A stretch of DNA of 64,000 nt from Candidatus Doudnabacteria bacterium RIFCSPHIGHO2_01_FULL_46_24 (GTDB lineage: Bacteria; Patescibacteriota; Doudnabacteria; UBA920; O2-02-FULL-48-8), in assembly GCA_001777575.1 (NCBI GenBank), contig MFEL01000010.1, positions 84,661 through 148,660 on the forward strand. The letters run 5' to 3'. Below are positions 9,642 to 19,590 of the stretch, in pieces (positions within the stretch are counted from its first letter, which is position 1; each line of letters starts with the position of its first letter). The translations under genes and the position numbers were made by a program. A model generated the notes under the pieces. That model made no database searches and was not told the DNA's origin. It was given only the letters and a program-made list of their open reading frames with translations.

Positions 9642-10627
9642 TGATTCAAAACGTAAGCGAAAATAAGCGGTGCTACAATTGTGGCGTCTGACTCAATCAC
9701 AAACCGAGGCGTCGTGACATCCAGCTTGCCCCAGGTGATTTTTTCATTGGGCACCGCGCCGCTGTAAGAGCCGTAAGAGGTGGTGGAATCCGAAATCTGG
9801 CAAAAATATCCCCAGAGCTTGCAGTTAACCTTCAGGTCCTGTTGAATCAGGGGCACCACGCAAATAGGAAAATCTCCGGCAATGCCGCCGCCGATCTGGA
9901 AAAATCCGACTAATTTTTCCTTAGTATTTTCCAGATACCAGTCAATCAGCGCGGACATCTGCTCCAGGCCGGACTTGATGATGTTGATATTCTTAATGTT
10001 TTCACCGTAGTAATTCTGTCCGCGGCCGCGGGTTAAGGCGACAAAAATGTTGCCCAAGGTTGAATCCTCGGTGCCCGGCGTCCAAATCGGCAAGTTTTTT
10101 TCGCAAGCGGCCACGACCCAGGAATCCTTGGGGTCAATCTGGTAAAATTCTTTGAGCATGCCCTCGCGGATCATCTGATACACATATTCATAATGAAAAA
10201 AACGCTCGCCTTTGTCATCGGCGCGTTTCCAGAGCTTGATGATCTGCTTTTCTATCCGCCGCATGGCTTCCTCTTCCGGAATGGTAGTGTCAGTTACCCG
10301 GTTGAGCCCCTTTTTCAGAAGTGCCACTTCATCATCAGGAGATAATTGCCGATAATGCGGGACGCGAACATAATGGTCGTGGGCGACCAGATTAAAAATA
10401 TCTTCTTCCAAGTTAGCTGCGGTACAGGTAATGGCGTGAACCTTGTCCTGGCGGATCATTTCCGCCAAAGACAGCCCGAGCTCCGCCGTGCTCATGGCCC
10501 CGGCCAGAGTAACCATCATTTTGTTGCCATCATTTAGAAACTTATCGTAAGCTTCCGCGGCATCAACAACTACCGCGGCGTTGAAATGCCGGTAGTGATG
10601 TTTGATGAAATCTTTTATTGTTCCCAT
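9638..10627 (-). CDS. Deoxyhypusine synthase-like protein
   Basis: HFNAA, LAGAMSTAE, DSTLG, IGGGIAGDF, GSYSGAVPNEKITWGK, ESDATI. Confidence 0.92.
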   Translation of the reverse strand: MGTIKDFIKHHYRHFNAAVVVDAAEAYDKFLNDGNKMMVTLAGAMSTAELGLSLAEMIRQDKVHAITCTAANLEEDIFNLVAHDHYVRVPHYRQLSPDDEVALLKKGLNRVTDTTIPEEEAMRRIEKQIIKLWKRADDKGERFFHYEYVYQMIREGMLKEFYQIDPKDSWVVAACEKNLPIWTPGTEDSTLGNIFVALTRGRGQNYYGENIKNINIIKSGLEQMSALIDWYLENTKEKLVGFFQIGGGIAGDFPICVVPLIQQDLKVNCKLWGYFCQISDSTTSYGSYSGAVPNEKITWGKLDVTTPRFVIESDATIVAPLIFAYVLNQ

Positions 10628-10649
10628 GTGAGCGGTTAAAAGTTAATAT

Positions 10650-12044
10650 TTACCATCCAAACTGTCTGCCCACGTCCTCTGCCGTCTCTCTCCTGCGCGC
10701 CACTTTGATTTCCCCATTTTGAGCAATAAGTTTCGCAGGCGAAGACAATAAGCAATGATGCGAAGCCAAGGCGTCCTGATACGCGCCAGTGTCAAAAAAC
10801 GCCACAAACAGCTCGTCACAATCCTCCAGCCGCGGCATGGGAATGTAGTCACCTCCAGCCGTGTATTTGTCATCCGAATCACAAGAAGAGCCGGCAAACC
10901 ACACCGGCTGCAGCTTGCGCGAATTCATGCAGTTGACCGGCACCACATGCCATTTCTGGTGGATGGCCCAGGTGTCCAAAAGATCATTCATGAAACTGCC
11001 ATCCACGACATACCATTTTTTATGGTTTTTGACGCTGACGTCTTTTTCGGTAATGATTTTATATATCGTGATCTGCGCCGGCGCTGCCACGTAACTCCCC
11101 CACTCCACAATTAAGTTCGGATGCCGGATACCCAGCTTGTCGCACTCTTTTTTGGCGGTTTTGACAATCTGATGAATCAAGCTCTTGCCGGAATAAAAAT
11201 GCTTTTTCTTCTCAAACGGAATGCCAGCCCCGCCGCCGATATCCAAGATCATCAACCCCGGGTTTTTTTCTTTCATCCCGGCAAACAACCGTAAAGCCCG
11301 TTTCAGGGGCTTGGTAAACCCCTTAATAGTGATGATCTGTTTGGAAATATGATAATGCAAAGTGGAAAGATTGCGAACCTTGCCGATCTTAAGCAATTCT
11401 TCTTCGGTAAATCCGTAACGGTTAAACTTCTTATCCCAATGCGCCTGGACTTTGATATCCAAATTCACCCGGATCCCCACCTCGCCCTTAAATTTCTTCA
11501 ACCGCTCCAGCTCGTTGTAGTCCTCGATGATCGGCACGACGATCAAGCCTTTGCCTTTCAGCTCCTCAATTAAGCTGATGTATTTTTCCGTTTTGGGACC
11601 GTTACAGATGACCCTGATCTTGCGGTTAAACTTGTCCTGCTCAATCATCCTCTTTACCAGATACAGCTCATTGGCCGAAGCTACGTCCAAGTTTGCGCCC
11701 TCGGCCACGGCCGGCAGCACGAATTCCTTGGTCTGGTTGGCCTTCATGGCATAATGGTAATAAAACCGGCCCTTGTAGCCTAAAATTTTGATATAGGCGT
11801 TAAAAGTTTCGATCAGGTCCCGCACGCGGTTCTCCATGATAGTTGGAAACACGATCTCAGTCGGGCTGCCGTATTTTTTTACCAAGTCATGGACATTGTA
11901 CTGGTAATTACCTTCCCTCACGATCAATTCGCCGTCAGGACCAATATCAAAATTCTGGGTGTTGAATTCTTCCAGCCCCAGCCGCCAAAATTTTTTGAAA
12001 CCGTTCTTCTTTTTTCTCTTCCTAACCGTTTGGTTCTTTTTCAC
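10650..12044 (-). CDS. speA: Arginine decarboxylase-like PLP enzyme (group IV fold)
   Basis: YAMKANQ (PLP lysine), CNGPK, DIGGG, SCDSDD, GAYQ; start set to GTG 12044 behind the promoter. Confidence 0.8.
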   Translation of the reverse strand: MKKNQTVRKRKKKNGFKKFWRLGLEEFNTQNFDIGPDGELIVREGNYQYNVHDLVKKYGSPTEIVFPTIMENRVRDLIETFNAYIKILGYKGRFYYHYAMKANQTKEFVLPAVAEGANLDVASANELYLVKRMIEQDKFNRKIRVICNGPKTEKYISLIEELKGKGLIVVPIIEDYNELERLKKFKGEVGIRVNLDIKVQAHWDKKFNRYGFTEEELLKIGKVRNLSTLHYHISKQIITIKGFTKPLKRALRLFAGMKEKNPGLMILDIGGGAGIPFEKKKHFYSGKSLIHQIVKTAKKECDKLGIRHPNLIVEWGSYVAAPAQITIYKIITEKDVSVKNHKKWYVVDGSFMNDLLDTWAIHQKWHVVPVNCMNSRKLQPVWFAGSSCDSDDKYTAGGDYIPMPRLEDCDELFVAFFDTGAYQDALASHHCLLSSPAKLIAQNGEIKVARRRETAEDVGRQFGW

Positions 12045-12050
12045 TCGTTT

Positions 12051-12078
12051 ATGATAAAGCAATCGCAGGCATTGTCAA
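12051..12078 (-). promoter_or_regulatory. Sigma70 promoter, probably giving a leaderless speA transcript
   Basis: TTGACA-N16-TATCAT-N6-GTG. Confidence 0.7.
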
Positions 12079-12085
12079 GCGCTTT

Positions 12086-12424
12086 TTACCTTTTTTTCTT
12101 TGCCAAGCGCGCACCTCGGCGCTGTAAAGTATCGCGCTTGTTTTTGAACTTTGTGATTTGCTCCCGAAGCTTGGGCATAACCAAATCAATTGCCGCGTAC
12201 ATATCTTCACCCAAAGCATCGGCGCGCAAAACTTTCCCGCCGGCAAACATGGTTACTTCGGCGCGAAAGACCAGGCCGCTCTGATGGTGGCGGTCGCGCT
12301 CCAGCTCGACCTTGGCCTCAATCGGGCCAAAAATAATCTTGCCCAGTCCCCCGATTTTTTCCTCGACGTACTGCTTAATCGAAGGCGTTAAATCCAGATG
12401 CGTGGCTTTGATTGATATGTTCAT
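12086..12424 (-). CDS. hpf: Ribosome hibernation factor HPF/RaiA
   Basis: MNISIKATHLDLTPSIKQYVEEKI ... EDMYAAID. Confidence 0.93.
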   Translation of the reverse strand: MNISIKATHLDLTPSIKQYVEEKIGGLGKIIFGPIEAKVELERDRHHQSGLVFRAEVTMFAGGKVLRADALGEDMYAAIDLVMPKLREQITKFKNKRDTLQRRGARLAKKKR

Positions 12425-12527
12425 CCCGTTTAGAAATTTAATTAATTAGTTTAAATTAAATTAGCGTTATTATCCCGTTCGACTTCCATTTGCCTGGAAA
12501 GCGGCGCCTGTAAATTTCTAACGGGAT
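12423..12527. mobile_element. MITE-like element, copy A
   Basis: Terminal IRs atcccgt(t)tagaaattta / taaatttctaacgggat; same family as 16115-16221. Confidence 0.65.
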
Positions 12528-12537
12528 TCATGATGTT

Positions 12538-12729
12538 TTAGCGTATATCTCTATTTATATTTTTTTTGGTCCGAGCATCGCGGATGACCACGGCACCGGC
12601 GATTTTCCTAACAATCAACCGCTGATGCTCGCGCCAGGCTAAAGCCGCGATAATCTCCGCGGGAATTACCACTGACATGGATCTGGCATCGCCCACGCGG
12701 GTTAATTTTCTGATTTTATTTTTCGCCAT
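12538..12729 (-). CDS. AbrB/MazE/SpoVT-family small DNA-binding protein
   Basis: RKLTRVG..SMSVVIPAEII..L.W...Q.L.V swapped-hairpin pattern. Confidence 0.8.
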   Translation of the reverse strand: MAKNKIRKLTRVGDARSMSVVIPAEIIAALAWREHQRLIVRKIAGAVVIRDARTKKNINRDIR

Positions 12730-12749
12730 AGACTTTTTTGCTCAGTTCT

Positions 12750-12775
12750 TTAGTCATGAGCATGCTCATGACTAA
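12750..12775. promoter_or_regulatory. Perfect 26-bp palindrome, putative operator of the AbrB-like gene
   Basis: ttagtcatga-gcatgc-tcatgactaa, 20 bp upstream of the ATG. Confidence 0.7.
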
Positions 12776-12804
12776 TTTAATTCTAAAGTCATTTTTTATT
12801 CGCG

Positions 12805-13836
12805 TCAATCGAATTCTCCCACAAACAGCACTTCCTCTTTCAAATTTATCCCAAATTTTCCAAAAACGTTGGTTTTGATCATATCCGCAAGCGCCCTGAC
12901 CTCGCTTGCCTTGGCCTCGTCTAAATTGACCAAAGACAGGGAGTGCTTGGGCGAGATGCCGACCCTGCCCGCTTGATATCCTTTAGGGAACCCGGCTTCT
13001 TGCAGGAGTTTTGCAGCGGCAACCTTAACTCTGCTGCCGGGCATCTCCCAAAACCAATTGTCAACATCTTTAATCTTGAATCTTAAATCTTGAAACTTTT
13101 CGCGGCTTACCACCGGATTTTTGAAAAATGACCCTGCAGTTTTGTAGCATTCATATCCCGGCATGATCACATAGCCTTTGGAGGCGCGAATCTCAATCAC
13201 AGCTTTTCTGGCCTCGGCGAGCGTGGGTTTTTGGCCCTCAAAACGCCTTTGCAAATCCTGATAGGCGATGAAGGGCGCCGCGCCGGAATTCAGCTCAAGC
13301 TCAAGGCTTGTGACAATAAATTTGCCTGGGTTTTTCTTAAAGTGGCTGCTGCGGTACTCAAACTCGCAAGCAGCGGCATCAAAAACTTCCTTTTTGCCAT
13401 CCTTAATCCTTAATCCTTCAACCTTAACAACTCGATCTCCCACGGTTTGCCCGTAAGCGCCGATATTCTGGACCACCGCGCCGCCAGCCGTTCCCGGCAC
13501 GCCGGATAAGCACTCAATCCCCTGCAAATTGCTTTCAACCGCCAGTGCCGCGACATCATCCCAGTTTTCCCCCGCCCCTACCTTAATTATTCCATCTTGT
13601 ATCTTTAATCTTAAATCTTTAATCTTATTCTGGATCACCAGTCCATCAAACCCTGCATCACTGAGCAATATATTGCTCCCGCCGCCCAAAACGAATATCG
13701 ACAAATTCTCTTGCAGCGCAAAATCCAACGCCTCACATGCCATTTGAGCCGTTTGAACTTCCACAAAATAGCGCGCCTGCGCATCGATTTCAAAAGTATT
13801 CAATGTTTTTAGAGAATAATTTTCTAGGATATGCAT
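12805..13836 (-). CDS. murB: UDP-N-acetylenolpyruvoylglucosamine reductase
   Basis: LGGGSNIL, GVPGTAGGAVVQNIGAYG, YRSS, AGSFFKNP, KHSL. Confidence 0.96.
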   Translation of the reverse strand: MHILENYSLKTLNTFEIDAQARYFVEVQTAQMACEALDFALQENLSIFVLGGGSNILLSDAGFDGLVIQNKIKDLRLKIQDGIIKVGAGENWDDVAALAVESNLQGIECLSGVPGTAGGAVVQNIGAYGQTVGDRVVKVEGLRIKDGKKEVFDAAACEFEYRSSHFKKNPGKFIVTSLELELNSGAAPFIAYQDLQRRFEGQKPTLAEARKAVIEIRASKGYVIMPGYECYKTAGSFFKNPVVSREKFQDLRFKIKDVDNWFWEMPGSRVKVAAAKLLQEAGFPKGYQAGRVGISPKHSLSLVNLDEAKASEVRALADMIKTNVFGKFGINLKEEVLFVGEFD

Positions 13837-15179
13837 ATTTTCCTCGCTAACAAATCTATATCGCCGGCGCCCATAAACATCACTATATCAAAATCCTTGA
13901 TTTTCGACTTTACAATTTGTTCTGTTTTGTCCAGGTCTTCTGCATACTCAGCTTTTACACCTAGCTTAACCAGCTCAACCACCAAATCCTTGGAGCTTAT
14001 CTGTTCGCCATGCTCGCGGCCTGCCACTTCAAAAATTTCCGGCACGATCACGTCTTGAGTATGACTCAAGGCCTCCACGAATTCGCCGAACAATTTCTTT
14101 GTCCGGTTTCTATGGTGTGGCTGAAAAACAAGCAACACTTTCTCTCCTGGATAAAATTCTTTGGCCGCCTCCAAAGTACCTAAAACAGCGGCTGGGTGGT
14201 GACCATAGTCCGAGATAACCATAGCGCTTCCCAACTTGCCGACAGTTTCAAATCTCCGCCAAGTGCCGGCAAAATCAGCCAGAACTCTCTGGATTACTTT
14301 TATGTCAACTCCCAGTTTGATTGCAGCCAGCGCTGCGCCTAGTGCATTAGAAATATTAAACAAGCCCGGCACTTGCATTTCAAAAATGGCGATTTTTTCA
14401 TCGTCATAATGCACGTCAAATGTCTGCCGGCCATTTTCAGTCTTCAAATTCAAAGCCTGTAAATCCGCGTAGTGGTGAATCCCGAAAGAAAACTTATGGC
14501 AACGGCAGTGATGAATGACGTCTACGGTATTGTGATCGTCAGCGTTAAAAACCACGATCCCGTCTGAAGGCAGTGACTTGATATATTCGATAAAAGCATT
14601 TTTGATGTCCTGCAAATCTTTGTAGCAATCCAGGTGGTCCTCTGCGACATTGGTCAGCACGATCATTTTTGGTTTGGTGGCCAGCATTTTTCTTTGATAC
14701 TCATCCGCCTCGGCCACTACATACTCCCCGCTTCCCAGACGGGCATTGGCCTTGAACTTTCCGGTTTCGTTGACCACTGACAGTTTGGTGCCAATGACCA
14801 CGGTCGGATCCACTCCCGCTCTGTCTAAGATCAGCCCCAAAAGCGCGGCTGTAGTGGACTTTCCATTTGTACCCGTCACCCCAATCCCGTATTTACCCTC
14901 CATTGCTTGCCCAATGGCCTCCCCTTGGCTCATCTTGGGCAATTTTATATCATTGAGCTCGCTCTCGGGAACGGCTGAACTGTAGATGACCAAATCCGGA
15001 TTGCCCACGATCCTGTTTGAGCCGATAAAAATTTGCAAACCCAGTTTTGCCAATTCATCGGTGATCTCGGATGCTTTCAGATCACAACCGCTGACTTGCT
15101 TGCCGGAAGCCAAATACAGCCGGGCCAGAGCCGACATGCCAATTCCTCCGATGCCAATTAAATAAATTTTATTCGCCAT
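13824..15179 (-). CDS. murC: UDP-N-acetylmuramate-L-alanine ligase
   Basis: IGIGGIGMSALA, GTNGKSTT, EADE, DYGHHP, FQPH, MGAGDI. Confidence 0.96.
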   Translation of the reverse strand: MANKIYLIGIGGIGMSALARLYLASGKQVSGCDLKASEITDELAKLGLQIFIGSNRIVGNPDLVIYSSAVPESELNDIKLPKMSQGEAIGQAMEGKYGIGVTGTNGKSTTAALLGLILDRAGVDPTVVIGTKLSVVNETGKFKANARLGSGEYVVAEADEYQRKMLATKPKMIVLTNVAEDHLDCYKDLQDIKNAFIEYIKSLPSDGIVVFNADDHNTVDVIHHCRCHKFSFGIHHYADLQALNLKTENGRQTFDVHYDDEKIAIFEMQVPGLFNISNALGAALAAIKLGVDIKVIQRVLADFAGTWRRFETVGKLGSAMVISDYGHHPAAVLGTLEAAKEFYPGEKVLLVFQPHHRNRTKKLFGEFVEALSHTQDVIVPEIFEVAGREHGEQISSKDLVVELVKLGVKAEYAEDLDKTEQIVKSKIKDFDIVMFMGAGDIDLLARKICIS

Positions 15180-16140
15180 AACTTTCGATCAATTTCTTAA
15201 TTTGGGGCAAGGCTTGCTTCGCCGTCTTCCGACCTTCCAAATAAATCTTCTCCAGGCTCTTGAAGTTAATTTTACCATAGTGTTTGACTCTCGGCTCAAG
15301 CATCAGATCGCAGGCCATATCGGATTCTTGCCATTGCTTGGAGATGACCATGGCATGATCCAAGGCCTTGGTCAACACGGTCAAAACACCTGGAATCTTG
15401 ATATCAGTTTCTTCCAAAAGATCAGACTGGGAATCAAATTGAAAAAAAATCCTCGAAGAAAACTTGGTTAAAATTTTCTCCCGGATGTATTGCAACCCCA
15501 AAAAACGCGTTATGAATCTGTACCCCCGCCAAATTGGCAGCTTGTTCTCATAAATGAATTTATCGGCGGCCAAGTTGACGCCGATTACGATGTCAGCGCC
15601 CATTTCCTTCGTCGGAATGGTCGGCACGATATTGGCCAGCCCACCGTCAACTAAGATTTTATTGCCCCAAACCACGGGCTCAAACAGACCCGGCACCGCG
15701 ACCGAGGCCTTGAAGGCCTTAGTCATATCCCCCATGCTTAACGTCACCAGCTCGCCACTCTCCAAGTCCGTGGCGGTAAAGCCTAAGCGGGGGTAGACAT
15801 CTTCGAAATTCATCCCTTTGGTAAATTTCTTGATCTCGTCGTCCGCGTTATGCAAATGGAACAAACCGCCCTTGCTGTTCTTTGCCGACCAAAGCTTAAG
15901 CAGGCTGCGGAGATTGAGTTTGTAAAACAGGTCCTTGAGCTGTTCCATCGTCCCAGTCGCGTAGCTGACCGCGATCAGGGCCCCTGATGAACACCCAACC
16001 ATATAGTCAACCGGGATTTGATTTTCCCTCAAAACCTCCAAAATGCCAATATGGGCAATCGCCCTGCCCGAAGCGCCGGACAAGGCCACTCCGATTTTAG
16101 GCCTGGTCTTTTCCAACCCGTTAGAAATTTGTGAGGACAT
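15169..16140 (-). CDS. Patatin-like phospholipase (RssA-like)
   Basis: ALSGASGRAIAHIG, GCSSG nucleophile, DGG motif. Confidence 0.9.
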   Translation of the reverse strand: MSSQISNGLEKTRPKIGVALSGASGRAIAHIGILEVLRENQIPVDYMVGCSSGALIAVSYATGTMEQLKDLFYKLNLRSLLKLWSAKNSKGGLFHLHNADDEIKKFTKGMNFEDVYPRLGFTATDLESGELVTLSMGDMTKAFKASVAVPGLFEPVVWGNKILVDGGLANIVPTIPTKEMGADIVIGVNLAADKFIYENKLPIWRGYRFITRFLGLQYIREKILTKFSSRIFFQFDSQSDLLEETDIKIPGVLTVLTKALDHAMVISKQWQESDMACDLMLEPRVKHYGKINFKSLEKIYLEGRKTAKQALPQIKKLIESYGE

Positions 16141-16221
16141 AGATTAGAGCGATAAAAAATAAATTATTATTAGCCAGGTCAATAAAACTAGCGGCATCTG
16201 TAACGAGATTTCTAACGGGTT
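16115..16221. mobile_element. MITE-like element, copy B
   Basis: Perfect 14-bp TIR aacccgttagaaat / atttctaacgggtt. Confidence 0.7.
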
Positions 16222-17312
16222 CCATTGACGGTTTTAATGATTAATTTCGCCAACCTTGCCGCGGCATCCTTGGGCATCAGTCTGGAGATATTTTCCGAAA
16301 GCAATTTCTGCCGCTGGGGATTGAATTTAAGGCTGTTGACAATGTTCGGCAGGTCAACGGGGTTGAACTCTCGCTCGTCTAAAACTACTGCGGAAACGGT
16401 ATGGCGCAAGATGGTGGCGTTTTCTTCTTGGTGCGTGCCGAACATGGGCACGATTAAGGCAATTTTGCCCAAAGCCGAAAGTTCGGTGATGGTCGAAAGC
16501 CCGCCGCGGGCAATAACTATATCAGCCAGTCTCAAAGCTGTCGCGTATTTATCGAATGGGGTAATCAATTCATATTGATGATAATCGGGATGGATAAAAT
16601 CAATGCTCTTGCCGGTTCCGGTTTGATGGACGACTTGGTGGGATTTCAAAAGCTCGGGCAGGCACGCCCGGATCACATCATTAATCTGTACCGCGCCGGT
16701 TGCCCCTCCGAGGATCAAAAGCAGGGGCAATTTGTCATGCAGATTCAACACTTTCCGGTCCGGGGCGGCATTTTTGGCAAATTCTGAGCGGAACGGGTTG
16801 CCGACCCACTCCGCGCGATTTTTGGGATTTTTGGCGAATAAACCCGAACCAACGTAAAAATTCTTGGCCGAATATTCAAACGCGGTAGTGATGATATCGG
16901 CTATTGGCGCGATCAATTTATTGGTCAGGCTAATTCTGACATCCTGCTGATGAATGATGATCTTGGCCTTATGCAATTTCGCAATCCAACAAATCGGCAC
17001 AGCCACAAACCCGCCGGCGCTGAAGACGGCATCAGGCTGAAAGGAATTGACAAGCCGCCAGGCGGAAATCAGCGAAGCGATAAACACCAAGGGAACAAAT
17101 AAGTTTTTCAGCGAAAAATACCGCCGAAACTTGGCTGCTGGCATGGCTCGAAAAGGAATCCCAAAATCCGAAACCAACTTTTGCTCCATTCCGCCTTTGG
17201 TGCCTATGAACAAAAATTCGCTCCTGGGCTTGAATTTTTTTATTTCTTGGGCCACGGCTAAGACCGGAGTCACCGGTCCGCCTGATCCGCCGCCCGCCAA
17301 TAATATTTTCAT
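16212..17312 (-). CDS. murG: MurG glycosyltransferase
   Basis: GGGSGGPV, GGFVAVP, GNP, GGATGA, RGGLSTITE, HQEENA. Confidence 0.93.
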   Translation of the reverse strand: MKILLAGGGSGGPVTPVLAVAQEIKKFKPRSEFLFIGTKGGMEQKLVSDFGIPFRAMPAAKFRRYFSLKNLFVPLVFIASLISAWRLVNSFQPDAVFSAGGFVAVPICWIAKLHKAKIIIHQQDVRISLTNKLIAPIADIITTAFEYSAKNFYVGSGLFAKNPKNRAEWVGNPFRSEFAKNAAPDRKVLNLHDKLPLLLILGGATGAVQINDVIRACLPELLKSHQVVHQTGTGKSIDFIHPDYHQYELITPFDKYATALRLADIVIARGGLSTITELSALGKIALIVPMFGTHQEENATILRHTVSAVVLDEREFNPVDLPNIVNSLKFNPQRQKLLSENISRLMPKDAAARLAKLIIKTVNGTR

Positions 17313-18415
17313 ATCACGTTTTCATATATCTTAATCGTATCCTCGGCCGCTTTTTTCCAGCTAAAATGCCGGATCCGGCTTAAGGCCAAATTCGCTAATT
17401 CTTCCCGTTTTTTTCCGTCAGATAAAATGTCCCTTATGACATCAGCCATGTTATCGGCGTTGTTTGGATCAAAGTATTCTGCCCCCTGCTCCATAACTTC
17501 GCGCAGGGTCGAAATGTCCGAACAAGCAATTGGCGTCCCGCAGGCCGCCGCTTCCAACACAGTCAAACCAAAACCTTCAGAGATCGAAGGTAAGACAAAA
17601 AGGTCAGCCGCATTATATAAGTATAGCAAGTCCTCGTCAGAAACCCGTCCCGGCATGATTAATGATTCGTGATACGTGATACGTGATACGTGATCCTTAA
17701 TTTCCGGATAATACAAGTCTGGCTCGCCGGCCAAAACAAGCTGGAAATCTAAGCCCCTCTCCTTAAGTTTATCGAATGCCAAAGCTAAATTGGGCAGGTT
17801 CTTATATCGCCGCCAAACCCCGACATACAATATATAGGGCTTGGAGATGCCGAATTTTTTCGAAACATATTCGAATGCCGCTTGTTTGTCCAGCATTTTG
17901 TAGCTTGGGTTTGCTGCTTCATAAACAACTTCGATTTTGGTTTCTGGAATCCTAAAAAATTTCGCTACTTGATTCTTGGTTGACTGGGAGACAGTAATAA
18001 TTTTCTTCGATGAACGAAGCGCGTTGAACATAACGAGGTTGTAAGCTAAGCGCTTAAACCATCGCGATTTTTTCTTGCCCGGGATCAAAGTGTGAGTCAA
18101 GTCGTGGATAGTCACGACAAAAGATTTGCGGTACAAAATCGGCACATTAAAATGCGGGAAGTGGACCAAATCAAGCTTTTCAGCTCTTAAAATTTGCGGC
18201 AGATGGAACTGCTCGGCGTATGAATAATGCGGAATGCCCGTGATGACGATCTGGTGGCCATATTGTCCGTAGTCAGCCGACTTATCAGCTTCTTTGAAGA
18301 ACAAAACATACTGATTACGCCTGTCCTGCCGTAAAATTTCATGCGAAAGCTCCGAGATATATCGATCTATCCCCGACCCCCCTCCCAGCATCCTCAAATC
18401 CAAGCCAATCTTCAT
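17309..18415 (-). CDS. GT4 glycosyltransferase
   Basis: TIHDL, KNL, EGFGLTVLEAAACG. Confidence 0.92.
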   Translation of the reverse strand: MKIGLDLRMLGGGSGIDRYISELSHEILRQDRRNQYVLFFKEADKSADYGQYGHQIVITGIPHYSYAEQFHLPQILRAEKLDLVHFPHFNVPILYRKSFVVTIHDLTHTLIPGKKKSRWFKRLAYNLVMFNALRSSKKIITVSQSTKNQVAKFFRIPETKIEVVYEAANPSYKMLDKQAAFEYVSKKFGISKPYILYVGVWRRYKNLPNLALAFDKLKERGLDFQLVLAGEPDLYYPEIKDHVSRITYHESLIMPGRVSDEDLLYLYNAADLFVLPSISEGFGLTVLEAAACGTPIACSDISTLREVMEQGAEYFDPNNADNMADVIRDILSDGKKREELANLALSRIRHFSWKKAAEDTIKIYENVI

Positions 18416-19530
18416 AGTTTCCCCTTATTCCCTTTATTCCCCTTAACCCCATTATACTTTTCCTCCACAAAAGCTTTTATCTTTTCTTGAAAAATTTTTT
18501 TATCAAACTGTAAAGCATGCTGGCGGATAATCTGATGGTTGTATTTTTTGGGATCAAAAGTCTCAAGTTTTGTTTTCAAAGCTTCCGGTGTTTGCTGGCT
18601 AAAAAACTCACCAGTAATGCTTTCTTTGACGGTTTCCAAAGCTCCACCGGCGCGATATGCGATCACCGGAGTGCCACAGGACTGGGCCTCAAGTGGCATA
18701 ATGCCGGCATCTTCTTCTGCCGGAAAAATAAATGCCAGGGCTTCGGAATATCTTTGCCTCAATTCCTCATCCGATATCCTACCCAAAAATTCTATGTTAG
18801 AACGGGCCAGTTTTCGCAACCGTCCCGAATCGGTTCCTGAACCCGCGACTTTCAGCGGCAGTCCCAGGTCGTTGAAAGCGCGAATCACCAGCTCTATTTT
18901 TTTATAAGGTTCAATCCGGGAGGCCACAAAAAAATAATTTTCCTTTTCGCCATGCGGATGGAAGAGTTCCGTGTCGACCGGCGGTGAAACGACTATGGAG
19001 TCACGACCGTAGTATTTTTTTATTCTGCGCTGAACATTGACAGAATTGGCAATGAAATAATCCGGCCGCTTGCTGGCCTTGTAATCCCAGCGCTTCAAAA
19101 ACGGCAGGATTGCCCGCGCGCCCCATTTTGCATAGGCTGGATACGGCTGAGAACTGATGTAATCATCAGACTCAGTCCACAAAAACCGCGTAGGGGTGTG
19201 GCAGTAGCTAACGTGCAGTTTGCCTTTTGTCTGAACTCCCTTGGCAAAAGATGAAGCGTCGGAAATCACCACGTCGTAATCCTCAAAATTGAATCTCTCG
19301 ACGGCGAATGGCATCAGCGGCAACAGCCAACGGTGGTGACTGTGGGCAAACGGCATACCATCGAGTAAGCTTAAATGTTTTTTATAAGCTTCAAAAATGC
19401 CGAATGTCTTCCCCCGGTCATAAATCAAAACGTGGACCGTGGCTTCCGGCCAAATCTCCAAAAAATTCTGCAAAACTCTCTCCGCCCCTCCCAACTGATT
19501 GAGAAACTCATGCACCAAAGCTATTTTCAT
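18412..19530 (-). CDS. GT4 glycosyltransferase
   Basis: GGAERVL, YCHTPTR, EDAGIMPLEAQSCG. Confidence 0.92.
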   Translation of the reverse strand: MKIALVHEFLNQLGGAERVLQNFLEIWPEATVHVLIYDRGKTFGIFEAYKKHLSLLDGMPFAHSHHRWLLPLMPFAVERFNFEDYDVVISDASSFAKGVQTKGKLHVSYCHTPTRFLWTESDDYISSQPYPAYAKWGARAILPFLKRWDYKASKRPDYFIANSVNVQRRIKKYYGRDSIVVSPPVDTELFHPHGEKENYFFVASRIEPYKKIELVIRAFNDLGLPLKVAGSGTDSGRLRKLARSNIEFLGRISDEELRQRYSEALAFIFPAEEDAGIMPLEAQSCGTPVIAYRAGGALETVKESITGEFFSQQTPEALKTKLETFDPKKYNHQIIRQHALQFDKKIFQEKIKAFVEEKYNGVKGNKGNKGKL

Positions 19531-19562
19531 AGGTAAGTTTAATTAAATCCAGAAAAAATTAA

Positions 19563-19590
19563 TACTTGCATACGGGACAGTATGAAAGTG
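19563..19590. repeat. 28-bp palindromic site, cassette 2, downstream copy
   Basis: tacttgcatac-gggaca-gtatgaaagtg; 23 bp (19562-19584) identical to 20015-20037; abuts the stop codon. Confidence 0.9.
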
